A DNA stretch of 64,000 nucleotides from Escherichia coli (GTDB lineage Bacteria > Pseudomonadota > Gammaproteobacteria > Enterobacterales > Enterobacteriaceae), in the NCBI RefSeq assembly GCF_003334335.1, contig NZ_QOWQ01000011.1. One strand, written 5' to 3'. The position numbers were made by a program, and so were the translations under genes. Of this stretch, positions 14,165-25,128 are shown piece after piece; position 1 is the first letter of the stretch; every line of letters starts with the position of its first letter. The notes under the pieces were generated by a model. That model saw only the letters and a program-made list of their open reading frames with translations. It made no database searches and was not told where the DNA came from.

Positions 14165-15052
14165 TTAATTAATGTCTAATTCTTTTATTTTGCTCTCTTT
14201 GCGTACTGTCAGCGTAGACCCCATTGAAGCGGCGATGATAGCGCCGAGCGCCAGTAGCTGTATGGGTGTCAGTGTTTCTCCGAGGAAAATCATCCCGGAA
14301 ACGGCAGCCAGCGCCGGTTCCATGCTCATCAGCGTACCAAATGTCCGTGTTGGCAAACGGGTGAGGGCAATCATTTCCAGCGAATAAGGCAGAGCGGTCG
14401 AGAGAATAGCGACAGCCAGACCCAATGGAATAACCGACCAGTGCCAGAGTGCTTCACCAGCCTGAAGCGCTCCAATTGGCACGAAAATTAACGCTGCAAT
14501 CAACGAACCAATTGCCACCGTCGCAGGGCCATGTTCCGCTCCTGCGCGTTGCCCACTTAAAATGTAAATAGCCCAACAAGCCCCGGCCCCCAGTGCCAGC
14601 GCACAGCCGGTTAAATCGACATGGGAAACGTCTTGCCCCAGCGGTAGCAGGAACCACAGACCAAGAACCGCCAGCACAACCCAGACGAAATCTACCGGGC
14701 GACGAGAAGAGAACAGCGCCACCGCCAGTGGTCCGGTGAACTCCAGCGCCACCGCAATACCCAGCGGTACTGTCTGAATAGAAAGATAAAAAAGATAATT
14801 CATCCCACCCAGCGAAACGCCGTAAAACAACAGCGGTAACCGTTGCTCTTTGGCAAAGCGCAGTCGCCATGGCTTAAAGAACGCGATGAGGATCAGCGTT
14901 CCTAATGCCAGACGCAGCGCAGTGACACCCGGTGCGCCCACCAGAGGAAAAAGTGACTTAGCTAACGAGGCTCCACCCTGAATAGACGCCATGGCAACGA
15001 GCAATATGACTATTGGTAACCAGACCGGCATTTTACGTAATGAACCAGGCAT
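14165..15052 (-). CDS. rhtA: Threonine/homoserine exporter (DMT/EamA family)
   Basis: Start trimmed to MPGSLRKMPVWLPIV (295 aa); 10-TM EamA-type protein. Confidence 0.9.
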   Translation of the reverse strand: MPGSLRKMPVWLPIVILLVAMASIQGGASLAKSLFPLVGAPGVTALRLALGTLILIAFFKPWRLRFAKEQRLPLLFYGVSLGGMNYLFYLSIQTVPLGIAVALEFTGPLAVALFSSRRPVDFVWVVLAVLGLWFLLPLGQDVSHVDLTGCALALGAGACWAIYILSGQRAGAEHGPATVAIGSLIAALIFVPIGALQAGEALWHWSVIPLGLAVAILSTALPYSLEMIALTRLPTRTFGTLMSMEPALAAVSGMIFLGETLTPIQLLALGAIIAASMGSTLTVRKESKIKELDIN

Positions 15053-15404
15053 CCTTTCTCCCACAAATATCTAGACTTAAGTAAAGCGTGGAGTGTACTG
15101 GATATACCCAATGCTGGTTGAGCATTTGTTGAAAAAATTTTCCCCCGTTTTGACTAAAATGCGCCAGGATTGATGGAATCATTAGTCTGGTGATTAGGAA
15201 TAATCTGGATGAATGACAGGGAAAACATGCGTAATACTTACGCAGTTCTCTGAAAAAGTGATTTAAATTTAGATGGATAGCGGTGTATGGAAACGTTCTG
15301 TTACATGAAATGGCCCGTTAGACATCACAAATCGCGAAGAGTTTCCCATTAATTTTTGATATATTTAAAACTTAGGACTTATTTGAATCACATTTGAGGT
15401 GGTT

Positions 15405-15920
15405 ATGAAAAAAATTGCATGTCTTTCAGCACTGGCCGCAGTTCTGGCTTTCACCGCAGGTACTTCCGTAGCTGCGACTTCTACTGTAACTGGCGGTTAC
15501 GCACAGAGCGACGCTCAGGGCCAAATGAACAAAATGGGCGGTTTCAACCTGAAATACCGCTATGAAGAAGACAACAGCCCGCTGGGTGTGATCGGTTCTT
15601 TCACTTACACCGAGAAAAGCCGTACTGCAAGCTCTGGTGACTACAACAAAAACCAGTACTACGGCATCACTGCTGGTCCGGCTTACCGCATTAACGACTG
15701 GGCAAGCATCTACGGTGTAGTGGGTGTGGGTTATGGTAAATTCCAGACCACTGAATACCCGACCTACAAACACGACACCAGCGACTACGGTTTCTCCTAC
15801 GGTGCGGGTCTGCAGTTCAACCCGATGGAAAACGTTGCTCTGGACTTCTCTTACGAGCAGAGCCGTATTCGTAGCGTTGACGTAGGCACCTGGATTGCCG
15901 GTGTTGGTTACCGCTTCTAA
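15405..15920 (+). CDS. ompX: Outer membrane protein X (8-strand beta-barrel)
   Basis: Start at ATG 15405 (MKKIACLSALAAVLAFTAGTSVA signal peptide); C-terminal ...GVGYRF. Confidence 0.96.
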   Translation: MKKIACLSALAAVLAFTAGTSVAATSTVTGGYAQSDAQGQMNKMGGFNLKYRYEEDNSPLGVIGSFTYTEKSRTASSGDYNKNQYYGITAGPAYRINDWASIYGVVGVGYGKFQTTEYPTYKHDTSDYGFSYGAGLQFNPMENVALDFSYEQSRIRSVDVGTWIAGVGYRF

Positions 15921-15940
15921 TCACTTTGGTGATATAAAAA

Positions 15941-15970
15941 ATCCGCCTCTCGGGGCGGATTTTTGTTTTT
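15941..15970. terminator. Bidirectional intrinsic terminator between convergent ompX and opgE
   Basis: aaaaaatccgcctctcggggcggatttttgttttt: GC stem flanked by A-tract and T-tract. Confidence 0.8.
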
Positions 15971-17552
15971 AAGGTTTCGGGTCGAAAATATCGGTTCCGA
16001 GATGGTTGTAATCCACCTTCTGTAACTGGAAGTTGGTGATGTATATCGGCCCGGCTTTCTTCTCAGATATAAACGGGTATTTGATGTTAATTTCCTTCGC
16101 TTTAATCCCCGTCCACTGGGAGAAAAAGCCTAAGAAGTCATTGGCTGAGCGGCGGGCTTTAATCACACGATGCGCTTTATCGTCGCTGGAAATGACCATA
16201 AAAGGCACCTGGAAATTTTGCTGATATTTATCATCATGGGCAAGGTATTGCACGTCTTTACCGCGCTCTTTAAAGGCCAGACCGTGGTCAGAAAAGTAAA
16301 CCAGCGAGAAGCTGCTGCCGCTGTTGCGTAACTGATCGTACAGCTTGCGCAGTAAATCGTCCGTTTGCGTCATGGTATAGAGATAGCACGACGTTTCTTT
16401 CGATTGCACAAAGGTTTCGTATTTTCCTTGTGTCCTGTCGCAGGCCTGCGGATGTGAGCCCATCAGATGTAGAACAATCAGCTGCGGTTGCGAGTGCTCT
16501 TGCGCCAGCACTTGAGCGGTCATATCCAGTAACGCTTCGTCTTTGGTGTTTTTATCTGCTTCAAAATTACCTTCTTTCAGGAAGTACACTTCATCTGCTC
16601 GTTTGGCGATGCTGGCGATAGCGGTATCGTATTCGCCGATTTGACCCTGGTTGGAAAACCACCAGGTCTGGAAGCCCGCGCGATTTGCCAGGGTGACAAA
16701 GTTATCCTGAAACTGTGGTTTGCCATCGACAACGCGATTGAGCGTTAAGCCAAGCGATTTCTGCGTGGAGCCACTGGCGGCAATGTAGTCAGCAAATATC
16801 AAACCGTTAACGCTGCTGGCAAACGGGGTATTGTCCCAGTGACCGCCAAAGGCACCGAGGGCATCGCGACGCGCGCTTTCACCGATCACCACCACATAGG
16901 TCTGATACTTCGGCTTAACGGCAGTGACCGTCCAGGTATCTTTCATTCCGGAAAGTTTTGCCATCCGTTCTTGCTCTTCAATCACCTCGTTATTATTGAC
17001 GATGACATCCTTAGCAAAACGAAATACCGGATAGCCAGTATCTTTCAGTTTAAATACGCCACCCCAGGCCAGGTTTTGCACGGGAGCAACAAAAAATGTC
17101 GCCACACTGAATACCAGACACAGGCTGTCGAAGGTATTCCAGCGCGCTTTTTCATTCTCTTTTTTTCGCCTGATTGCTATTACGCCGAGCGCAAAAATAA
17201 ATAAGCCGACCAGGTAGCTGTACCACGGAAAAATCGTCAGGATTTCGGTCGACTCTTCCATATTGGTGGAGTGCAATGCCAGCAATGTATTGAAATTAGG
17301 CGCGCCGTAGGCCTGAGCAAAAGGGAAATAACAAGCCGCCACCAGCGAACTGACACCGACCAGAACTTTTTGTACGCGAGGCAATGTTCGCCATAGCAAA
17401 AGCAAAATAGCCGTAAACGCAGCGGTGTAGAGCAAACTGAAGGGGTAACCTAAGCCGAGGTTAATTAATAGCGACTGTAAAAAGTAGAACGCAGTCCACG
17501 GGCTAAATACCCGGCTACGGGTAACAAGCGATTCTTTGAGGGTTAAATTCAT
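15969..17552 (-). CDS. opgE: Phosphoethanolamine transferase (OPG modification), sulfatase-like
   Basis: 527-aa ORF; N-terminal TM segments plus sulfatase-type domain; recognised OpgE/YbiP. Confidence 0.93.
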   Translation of the reverse strand: MNLTLKESLVTRSRVFSPWTAFYFLQSLLINLGLGYPFSLLYTAAFTAILLLLWRTLPRVQKVLVGVSSLVAACYFPFAQAYGAPNFNTLLALHSTNMEESTEILTIFPWYSYLVGLFIFALGVIAIRRKKENEKARWNTFDSLCLVFSVATFFVAPVQNLAWGGVFKLKDTGYPVFRFAKDVIVNNNEVIEEQERMAKLSGMKDTWTVTAVKPKYQTYVVVIGESARRDALGAFGGHWDNTPFASSVNGLIFADYIAASGSTQKSLGLTLNRVVDGKPQFQDNFVTLANRAGFQTWWFSNQGQIGEYDTAIASIAKRADEVYFLKEGNFEADKNTKDEALLDMTAQVLAQEHSQPQLIVLHLMGSHPQACDRTQGKYETFVQSKETSCYLYTMTQTDDLLRKLYDQLRNSGSSFSLVYFSDHGLAFKERGKDVQYLAHDDKYQQNFQVPFMVISSDDKAHRVIKARRSANDFLGFFSQWTGIKAKEINIKYPFISEKKAGPIYITNFQLQKVDYNHLGTDIFDPKP

Positions 17553-17823
17553 ATGCCACTATCGTAACAAACGCCATGTGCTTACCCTGGCGTCAAGGGT
17601 CAATACCTGCAAGAGTGCGTGAAGAGTGGAAAGGGGTCCGCATCCGCGAGCCGCAATATACGCAGGGCTGCAAGAAGATAGAGCGAGCCGCCGTTCAGGT
17701 CAACTACTGACGAACAAATCTTTTGCGAAGGGGATTGCAAATCCGACAAAAAGTGGGGTTTTTCAGACCAAAACGCGTTATGCCTGCATGAAAGCAGGAG
17801 TGAAGCGGCGTACCGCGACGCCG

Positions 17824-17952
17824 CTATTTATCGGAAGGTTTATCTTGCTGCGGTTTGTTGTTGACCATATCGCACAACATAGAGAGCAGCATTAACCGTA
17901 CTTTAAAGGGAGAATGACTAAACACGCGCATACACCTCTTGAACTCATTCAT
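17824..17952 (-). CDS. mntS: Small protein MntS (formerly sRNA rybA), 42 aa, manganese homeostasis
   Basis: Not in ORF track (<60 aa). Hand-translated - strand: MNEFKRCMRVFSHSPFKVRLMLLSMLCDMVNNKPQQDKPSDK then TAG; MntR-type palindromes lie 60-90 nt upstream. Confidence 0.85.
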   Translation of the reverse strand: MNEFKRCMRVFSHSPFKVRLMLLSMLCDMVNNKPQQDKPSDK

Positions 17953-18010
17953 AAGACCTCCTGACTTGCTAATCCCGTCGATCCTTGAGGGATGATTGCA
18001 TTACATACAG

Positions 18011-18044
18011 ATATAGCACAGGCTATATTATATAGCTATTGCTA
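18011..18044. promoter_or_regulatory. MntR operator(s) in the mntS promoter region
   Basis: atatagc-acag-gctatat palindrome followed by tatatagctattgc; resembles MntR site AAACATAGC-N4-GCTATGTTT. Confidence 0.6.
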
Positions 18045-18137
18045 AAACGTTAATTTTTTGTACCTTCGCAACTCTGGTTTACAATGTGCGCACGAAATGA
18101 GAACGCTATGTATGCGTCACCATAATGAGGAAGCACA

Positions 18138-18605
18138 ATGAGTCGTCGCGCAGGTACGCCAACAGCAAAAAAAGTGACGCAGTTAGTGAACGTGGAAGAG
18201 CACGTTGAAGGGTTCCGCCAGGTCAGAGAGGCGCATCGGCGCGAGCTTATTGATGATTACGTTGAGCTGATTTCTGACTTGATCAGGGAAGTGGGGGAAG
18301 CTCGTCAGGTGGACATGGCTGCTCGTCTGGGAGTTTCGCAACCGACGGTGGCTAAAATGCTTAAGCGGCTGGCAACCATGGGGCTGATTGAAATGATCCC
18401 CTGGCGTGGCGTGTTTTTAACGGCAGAAGGAGAGAAGCTGGCGCAGGAAAGCCGCGAGCGACATCAGATAGTCGAAAATTTCTTGTTGGTGTTGGGCGTC
18501 AGTCCGGAAATCGCCCGTCGCGACGCGGAAGGCATGGAGCACCATGTTAGTGAAGAGACGCTCGACGCTTTTCGTTTGTTTACCCAGAAACACGGTGCCA
18601 AATGA
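18138..18605 (+). CDS. mntR: Mn(II)-responsive transcriptional regulator, DtxR family
   Basis: 155 aa; HTH plus DtxR-type metal-binding domain; 4-nt ATGA overlap with ybiR. Confidence 0.95.
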
Positions 18606-19720
18606 GCCTGCCTTTTTTACGCACGCTGCAAGGCGATCGTTTTTTTCAGTTATTAATTCTTGTTGGTATCGGATTAAGCTTTTTCGTGCCCTTTGCACCG
18701 AAATCCTGGCCTGCTGCTATCGACTGGCACACCATCATCACCTTAAGCGGCCTGATGCTGCTGACCAAAGGTGTGGAGTTAAGCGGTTATTTTGATGTGC
18801 TGGGGCGCAAAATGGTGCGCCGCTTTGCTACGGAGCGTCGGCTGGCGATGTTTATGGTGCTGGCGGCGGCGCTGCTTTCTACCTTTCTGACCAACGATGT
18901 CGCGCTGTTTATTGTTGTTCCGCTGACTATCACGCTAAAAAGACTGTGTGAGATCCCGGTTAATCGGCTGATTATTTTTGAGGCGCTGGCAGTCAACGCT
19001 GGTTCGCTACTGACGCCAATTGGCAACCCGCAAAATATTCTTATCTGGGGACGTTCTGGTCTTTCGTTTGCCGGATTTATTGCCCAAATGGCACCGCTGG
19101 CTGGCGCAATGATGCTGACGCTCCTGCTCCTGTGCTGGTGTTGTTTCCCTGGAAAGGCGATGCAATACCATACGGGGGTGCAAACACCGGAGTGGAAACC
19201 GCGGCTGGTGTGGAGTTGTCTGGGGCTGTATATCGTCTTTCTGACGGCGCTGGAGTTCAAACAAGAGCTGTGGGGACTGGTGATTGTGGCGGCAGGCTTT
19301 GCGCTGCTGGCACGTCGCGTGGTGCTCAGTGTGGACTGGACGCTGCTGCTGGTGTTTATGGCGATGTTTATCGACGTCCATTTACTGACCCAGCTTCCAG
19401 CGTTGCAAGGCGTGTTGGGTAACGTGAGTCATCTATCTGAACCCGGGTTATGGTTAACGGCAATCGGTTTATCGCAGGTGATCAGTAACGTGCCGAGTAC
19501 CATATTGTTGCTGAACTATGTGCCGCCGTCTTTATTACTGGTATGGGCGGTAAACGTAGGTGGCTTTGGGTTATTACCCGGATCGCTGGCAAATTTGATT
19601 GCGCTACGTATGGCGAACGATCGCCGCATCTGGTGGCGTTTCCATCTCTATTCAATACCGATGCTGTTGTGGGCGGCGTTGGTGGGATATGTTTTGTTAG
19701 TTATACTCCCGGCCAACTAG
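18602..19720 (+). CDS. ybiR: Putative ion transporter (ArsB/NhaD-like permease superfamily)
   Basis: 372-aa polytopic membrane protein co-transcribed with mntR. Confidence 0.9.
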
Positions 19721-19734
19721 GGTCTGGCAAATAA

Positions 19735-19765
19735 AAAAGGCGGATTATGAGTCCGCCTTTTGCTT
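19735..19765. terminator. Bidirectional intrinsic terminator between convergent ybiR and ldtB
   Basis: aaaaaaggcggattatgagtccgcctttt. Confidence 0.8.
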
Positions 19766-19778
19766 TAAGTTTTGAAGA

Positions 19779-20699
19779 TTAATTCAGACGAACCGGCATC
19801 CCGGAGCGGTTTTTAATCGCTTCATCAAGAACAACCTGGTCAACATCTGGCTGACCGGTCACTGTCTGCACGCTCTTCGTCAGGGTAATTGGCACAATTT
19901 CCTGACCTTCAAACTGGGCTTCGGTGGTAGACAGCGGGTTATGGACTTCAATATAACGGCTGCCGTCTGGCTCGGTGGTCGCTTTTACCGGCTCATCAAT
20001 AAACTGTACGCGGGTACCGACCGGTACTTTCTCGAACAGGAATTTGATGTCTTCGTTACGCAGACGCACACAACCATGACTTACACGCAGGCCGATACCG
20101 AAGTTGGCGTTGGTGCCATGGATAGCATACAGGCGACCGATATAGAGTGCATACAGCCCCATCGGGTTATCCGGACCTGCCGGAACGACAGCCGGAAGCG
20201 GTTCGCCCGCAGCGCGGTACTCTGCGTGCATTTTGGCGGTCGGCGTCCAGGTCGGGCCTGCTTTTTTACGCTCAACTTTGGTGGTCCAGTTGATAGGCGT
20301 ATCTTTGCCTAACTGACCAATGCCGATCGGCAGCACGATAACGGTGTTGGTCCCTTTCGGATAGTAATAAAGACGCATCTCAGCACTGTTAATGACGATG
20401 CCTTCATGAACGGTATCCGGCAGGATCAGCTGCTGCGGAATGTTCAGTACAGTACCGCCTTTCGGCAGGAAGGTATCCACACCCGGGTTCGCTTCCATCA
20501 TATTGGAAAGCCCCATCTGGTACTCGGCGGCAAAATACTCCAGCGGCTGAGTGTTACCTTCAGGAATGGTGATCACCTGATTCTGACCAACCAGGCGACT
20601 CCCGTCGGTTGGCAGAGGATAAGTTACCGCAGAGGCGGTACTGCAAAAGCCGACAACAGCGAAGGCCGCTGCGAATAATGTTTTCAATTTCATATTCAT
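19779..20699 (-). CDS. ldtB: L,D-transpeptidase (YkuD domain)
   Basis: 306 aa; signal peptide; catalytic SHGCVRL motif. Confidence 0.95.
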
Positions 20700-20917
20700 G
20701 TTAAGCGAGATTTTGTGCCTGGCAGGCCATTGGGTTGAGAATATTAGAGTATTGGAAGCGCATTATAAGTTCATTCCAGCTCACAGTGAAATCAGATGTG
20801 TACGAAATCACATTTTTTGCCTTTGGCTTGAGTGTAGACCTTAAGCGAGGAGCAGGATCTTCTTTCAGACTTATGGCATAATGCGCGGTTTGTCATATCT
20901 CTTTTCAGGATACGCCT

Positions 20918-22510
20918 GTGTTAGTTTCCAGTAACGTCACCATGCAGTTCGGCAGTAAGCCGTTGTTTGAAAACATTTCCGTCAAATTTGGCGGCGGCAA
21001 CCGTTACGGCCTGATTGGCGCGAACGGTAGTGGTAAATCCACCTTTATGAAGATCCTCGGCGGCGACCTTGAGCCGACGCTGGGTAACGTTTCCCTCGAT
21101 CCCAACGAGCGCATTGGTAAACTGCGTCAGGATCAGTTTGCCTTTGAAGAGTTCACTGTGCTGGATACGGTGATCATGGGGCATAAAGAGTTGTGGGAAG
21201 TGAAGCAGGAGCGCGACCGCATCTATGCTTTGCCGGAAATGAGTGAAGAAGACGGCTATAAAGTGGCCGATCTGGAAGTTAAATACGGCGAAATGGACGG
21301 TTACTCTGCGGAAGCTCGCGCCGGTGAACTGTTGCTTGGCGTGGGAATTCCAGTGGAACAGCACTACGGCCCGATGAGTGAAGTTGCTCCTGGCTGGAAG
21401 CTGCGTGTGCTTCTGGCGCAGGCGCTGTTTGCTGATCCGGATATTCTCCTGCTCGACGAACCGACCAACAACCTCGACATCGACACCATTCGCTGGCTGG
21501 AACAGGTGCTGAACGAGCGTGACAGCACCATGATCATCATCTCGCACGACCGTCACTTCCTTAACATGGTCTGTACCCACATGGCGGATCTGGATTACGG
21601 CGAGCTGCGCGTTTATCCGGGTAACTACGATGAGTACATGACGGCGGCGACCCAGGCGCGTGAACGTCTGCTGGCCGATAACGCCAAGAAGAAAGCGCAG
21701 ATTGCTGAGTTGCAATCTTTCGTTAGCCGCTTTAGCGCCAACGCCTCGAAATCTCGCCAGGCAACTTCGCGCGCGCGCCAGATTGATAAAATCAAACTGG
21801 AAGAGGTGAAAGCCTCCAGCCGTCAGAACCCGTTCATCCGTTTTGAACAGGATAAGAAACTGTTCCGTAACGCGCTGGAAGTGGAAGGTCTGACCAAAGG
21901 GTTTGATAACGGTCCGCTGTTTAAAAATCTCAACCTGCTGCTGGAAGTGGGTGAAAAACTGGCGGTACTGGGTACCAACGGCGTCGGTAAATCAACGCTG
22001 CTGAAAACGCTGGTGGGCGATCTGCAACCGGACAGCGGCACCGTAAAATGGTCTGAGAACGCGCGCATTGGTTACTATGCTCAGGACCACGAATATGAGT
22101 TTGAAAATGATCTGACCGTGTTCGAATGGATGAGCCAGTGGAAGCAGGAAGGCGATGACGAGCAGGCGGTACGCAGTATTCTCGGTCGTTTGCTGTTCAG
22201 CCAGGACGACATCAAAAAGCCAGCTAAAGTGCTTTCCGGTGGGGAAAAAGGGCGGATGCTGTTTGGTAAGTTAATGATGCAGAAGCCGAACATTCTGATC
22301 ATGGACGAACCGACCAACCACCTGGATATGGAATCCATTGAGTCGCTGAACATGGCACTGGAACTGTATCAGGGCACGCTGATCTTTGTTTCACACGACC
22401 GTGAGTTCGTAAGCTCCCTGGCGACCCGCATTCTGGAAATCACCCCGGAACGCGTGATCGACTTTAGCGGTAATTACGAAGATTACCTGCGTAGTAAAGG
22501 GATCGAGTAA
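20918..22510 (+). CDS. ybiT: ABC-F family ATPase (two ABC domains, no permease)
   Basis: 530 aa from GTG start; Walker [10 protein letters not shown] and GTNGVGKST; two LSGG-type signatures. Confidence 0.94.
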
Positions 22511-22570
22511 GTGATTATCCGTCACCCCGATACTGTCGGGGTGACGGCGGCTGATGACAAATGCAAAATA

Positions 22571-22670
22571 GCCTGATGCGCTACGCTTATCAGGCCTACG
22601 CAGTACCTGCAATATATTGAATCTGCAGGACTTTGTAGGCCGGATAAGGCGTTAACGCCGCATCAGGCAT
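22571..22670. repeat. REP/BIME element
   Basis: gcctgatgcgctacgcttatcaggcctac ... tgtaggccggataaggcgttaacgccgcatcaggcat. Confidence 0.85.
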
Positions 22671-22750
22671 TAACAAAGCGCATTTGTCAGCAATCTGAGT
22701 AACGTCGAATCGATTTTCTTAATCCCACATCAATTCACTTCCATTAATTC

Positions 22751-24016
22751 TCAAACATCCATGCCCAACGCTCGCTTACCGTGAATGTTGAGGTCGGCAA
22801 GCGTAAAGCGTCCTTCCCAGTTTGTTTCATAGTCCTCGCGCGGGAAGTCGCCCGGTGATGCGCCTTTTTCCAGTGCGGCCTTCACCTTGTGCGCGTAGGC
22901 AAGATTTTTCTCGCACATCGGTGCCGCAGGAATGTACATCACGTTGCCCCAACCTTGTTGATTTTCAACGGGGGCAACGGAATGGATGACGTCGCAGTGC
23001 CACCAGACGGAGTCTCCGGCTTCGAGTTTTGGAATGCTGGTTAACGCCTCAATCAACAGTGGATGCCATTGCTCTGATACCGGCAATACTCTTCCGGGCG
23101 CTACGCCGCACAGTTCATCCTCCGGCACATCATCAAGCAGCGGACGTAACAGTACGTACGCCATAGCTTCAGGAATGGGCACGACGTGCAGCAGCCCCTG
23201 ACCAGGCAGCATATCAGAGAGCGCTGTCCAGCCCTGGAATGTCCGAAACACGGAACATTTGGTGGTGTTGTCCACCGTGTACTCTTCAACTTCCGTACGA
23301 TGTGCCGCATGCCAGGGATCATATTGCGCCAGATTGCCATTAAAGACGTTGGCGAAAACGCGCTGATACGCTGGAAGCAGCCAGCGTTCCAGTGCCCCGG
23401 AGTCGGTATGCGCTCCAAGACCTTTGGAGGTCGTTCCGGGCGGACGGCGGCGGATACGGTCAGGGTAGATGACGCTCACATCCGGGTTAAACCATTGCTT
23501 TCCATCACTTTCAAATGTCCACAGACGATTGAGAAACGACTGCGCATTCGCCATTTCTTCACTCTGGCGGGCCTGCATTTGCGCCTGCGACCAGTAGATG
23601 GGGTAAATCTCGGGACGTGAAGCGCTGAGCGTCCCGAAGAAATTATCGCCGGGGCCTTTGTAGACCTCGTCAAAGCGGTTGCGGTCCAGATAGTCCAGCA
23701 TCGACTGATCCCAGCCTAGCGCTTGTTCGCGGGGGAAATGGCCTTTTATCACCGCACAACCGCGACGTTTAATCTGTTCGCGCTGCTCTGCAGTAACATG
23801 ACCTGCTTTGATATCGGCATAAGACAGCACCGGCCAGACGGTATCGCCCTGTGCTTTGAGTGCGTTGATTTCAGCCACTCGCGTGGCAATGTCATCGCTT
23901 AGCTGATTAAAGATCTGCTGGACGTCGCCAAGCTGCGCCCGCAGCGCGTGCTTCATCTGACGGATAGCTGCTTTGTGATCGGCAGGCAATGTGTCGCTGG
24001 TAAAAGTAGAAGCCAT
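22751..24016 (-). CDS. ybiU: DUF1479-family protein of unknown function
   Basis: Start trimmed to MASTFTSDTLPADHK (421 aa); recognised YbiU. Confidence 0.88.
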   Translation of the reverse strand: MASTFTSDTLPADHKAAIRQMKHALRAQLGDVQQIFNQLSDDIATRVAEINALKAQGDTVWPVLSYADIKAGHVTAEQREQIKRRGCAVIKGHFPREQALGWDQSMLDYLDRNRFDEVYKGPGDNFFGTLSASRPEIYPIYWSQAQMQARQSEEMANAQSFLNRLWTFESDGKQWFNPDVSVIYPDRIRRRPPGTTSKGLGAHTDSGALERWLLPAYQRVFANVFNGNLAQYDPWHAAHRTEVEEYTVDNTTKCSVFRTFQGWTALSDMLPGQGLLHVVPIPEAMAYVLLRPLLDDVPEDELCGVAPGRVLPVSEQWHPLLIEALTSIPKLEAGDSVWWHCDVIHSVAPVENQQGWGNVMYIPAAPMCEKNLAYAHKVKAALEKGASPGDFPREDYETNWEGRFTLADLNIHGKRALGMDV

Positions 24017-24167
24017 AACCACCTCTCATTAACTTTCATTCGAAACCATTCTGATTTGCATGTGACAATATAAGTTATAAATAAGTTAATGCAAGTTTAA
24101 TGATTTGATGTGATGTACAGGATGTAAAAAGAAGGGAAAACCGGAGCGCACGGCTCCGGTAGAGAGG

Positions 24168-24983
24168 TCAGCTGTTAAAAGGGGATGTGTTATCCAGCAC
24201 CGCCTGAATCACATTCAGCGCGCCTTCATGATTATTATCATCGGTAGCGTAACGGGCGATTTGTTTAATGTTTTCCGCAGCATTGCCCATCGCAAAGGAA
24301 TAACGCGCCATTTTCAGCATCTCCGCATCGTTACCGCTGTCGCCAATCGCTACCACATTTTGCGGTGACAGATCCCAGCGTTTCAGTAACCGCGAAATAC
24401 CGTTTGCTTTATGTAGACCGGGAATAATCAGGTCGATAAAGCCAAAACCACTGGTAACGGGTTTCATAATGCCATCGAGCGCTACGTGCAGTTTGTCGAT
24501 CACTAACGGGATTTGTTCATCCGGCAGGTTGAGCGAAAACTTGAACAGTACGTCGTCAATCTCCTGATAATCTTTTACAGGTTTCAGGCGATGGTAGTGT
24601 TTTGCCATCAGTGCGACAAATGCTTCGGGGGCATTTTCGCTGACATATGCACTTTGCAGACCGCAGGCGACAAAATTGAGTTGCTTATCTTTTAGCAACT
24701 CGCCAATAACAATCCGCGATTCATGTCGGGTCAGTTCGCCGTGGAACAACTGCTTGCCATGTTCGTAAACCAGTGCGCCGTTTTCCGCGACAAAAGAGAT
24801 CTCATCCTTTAGCTCAGGAAAGAATGAAATAAGCTGGTAATACTGATTACCGCTGGCAACAACGAACTTAATGCCGCGCTTTTTCAGTTCCTGATATTGC
24901 GCCATAAAACGTGGTTGGTTGTACGTTTTGGCGTCGTTAAGAAAAGTACCGTCCATGTCTGTGACGATAACTTTTACGCTCAT
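24168..24983 (-). CDS. ybiV: HAD-superfamily Cof-type sugar phosphatase
   Basis: 271 aa; HAD motif I DMDGT (VTDMDGTFL), GDSGND motif; paralog of ybjI in this window. Confidence 0.94.
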
Positions 24984-25128
24984 AGGTGTGCTCCTGGCTC
25001 GAAAATGAAACCGTAACAGTGTAATAACAATGTGACGCAGAGCACAAATTATATTTCGAATGAAAGTAAGGATGAAATTGATGATGTGAATGATTTAGCC
25101 CGGCGACGACGCCGCCGGGCCGAGGAGA

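Noticed and set aside
20921-21715. 264-aa minus-strand ORF antisense to ybiT.
   Set aside because: Overlaps the Walker A region of ybiT on the opposite strand; Arg/His-rich low-complexity translation; spurious.
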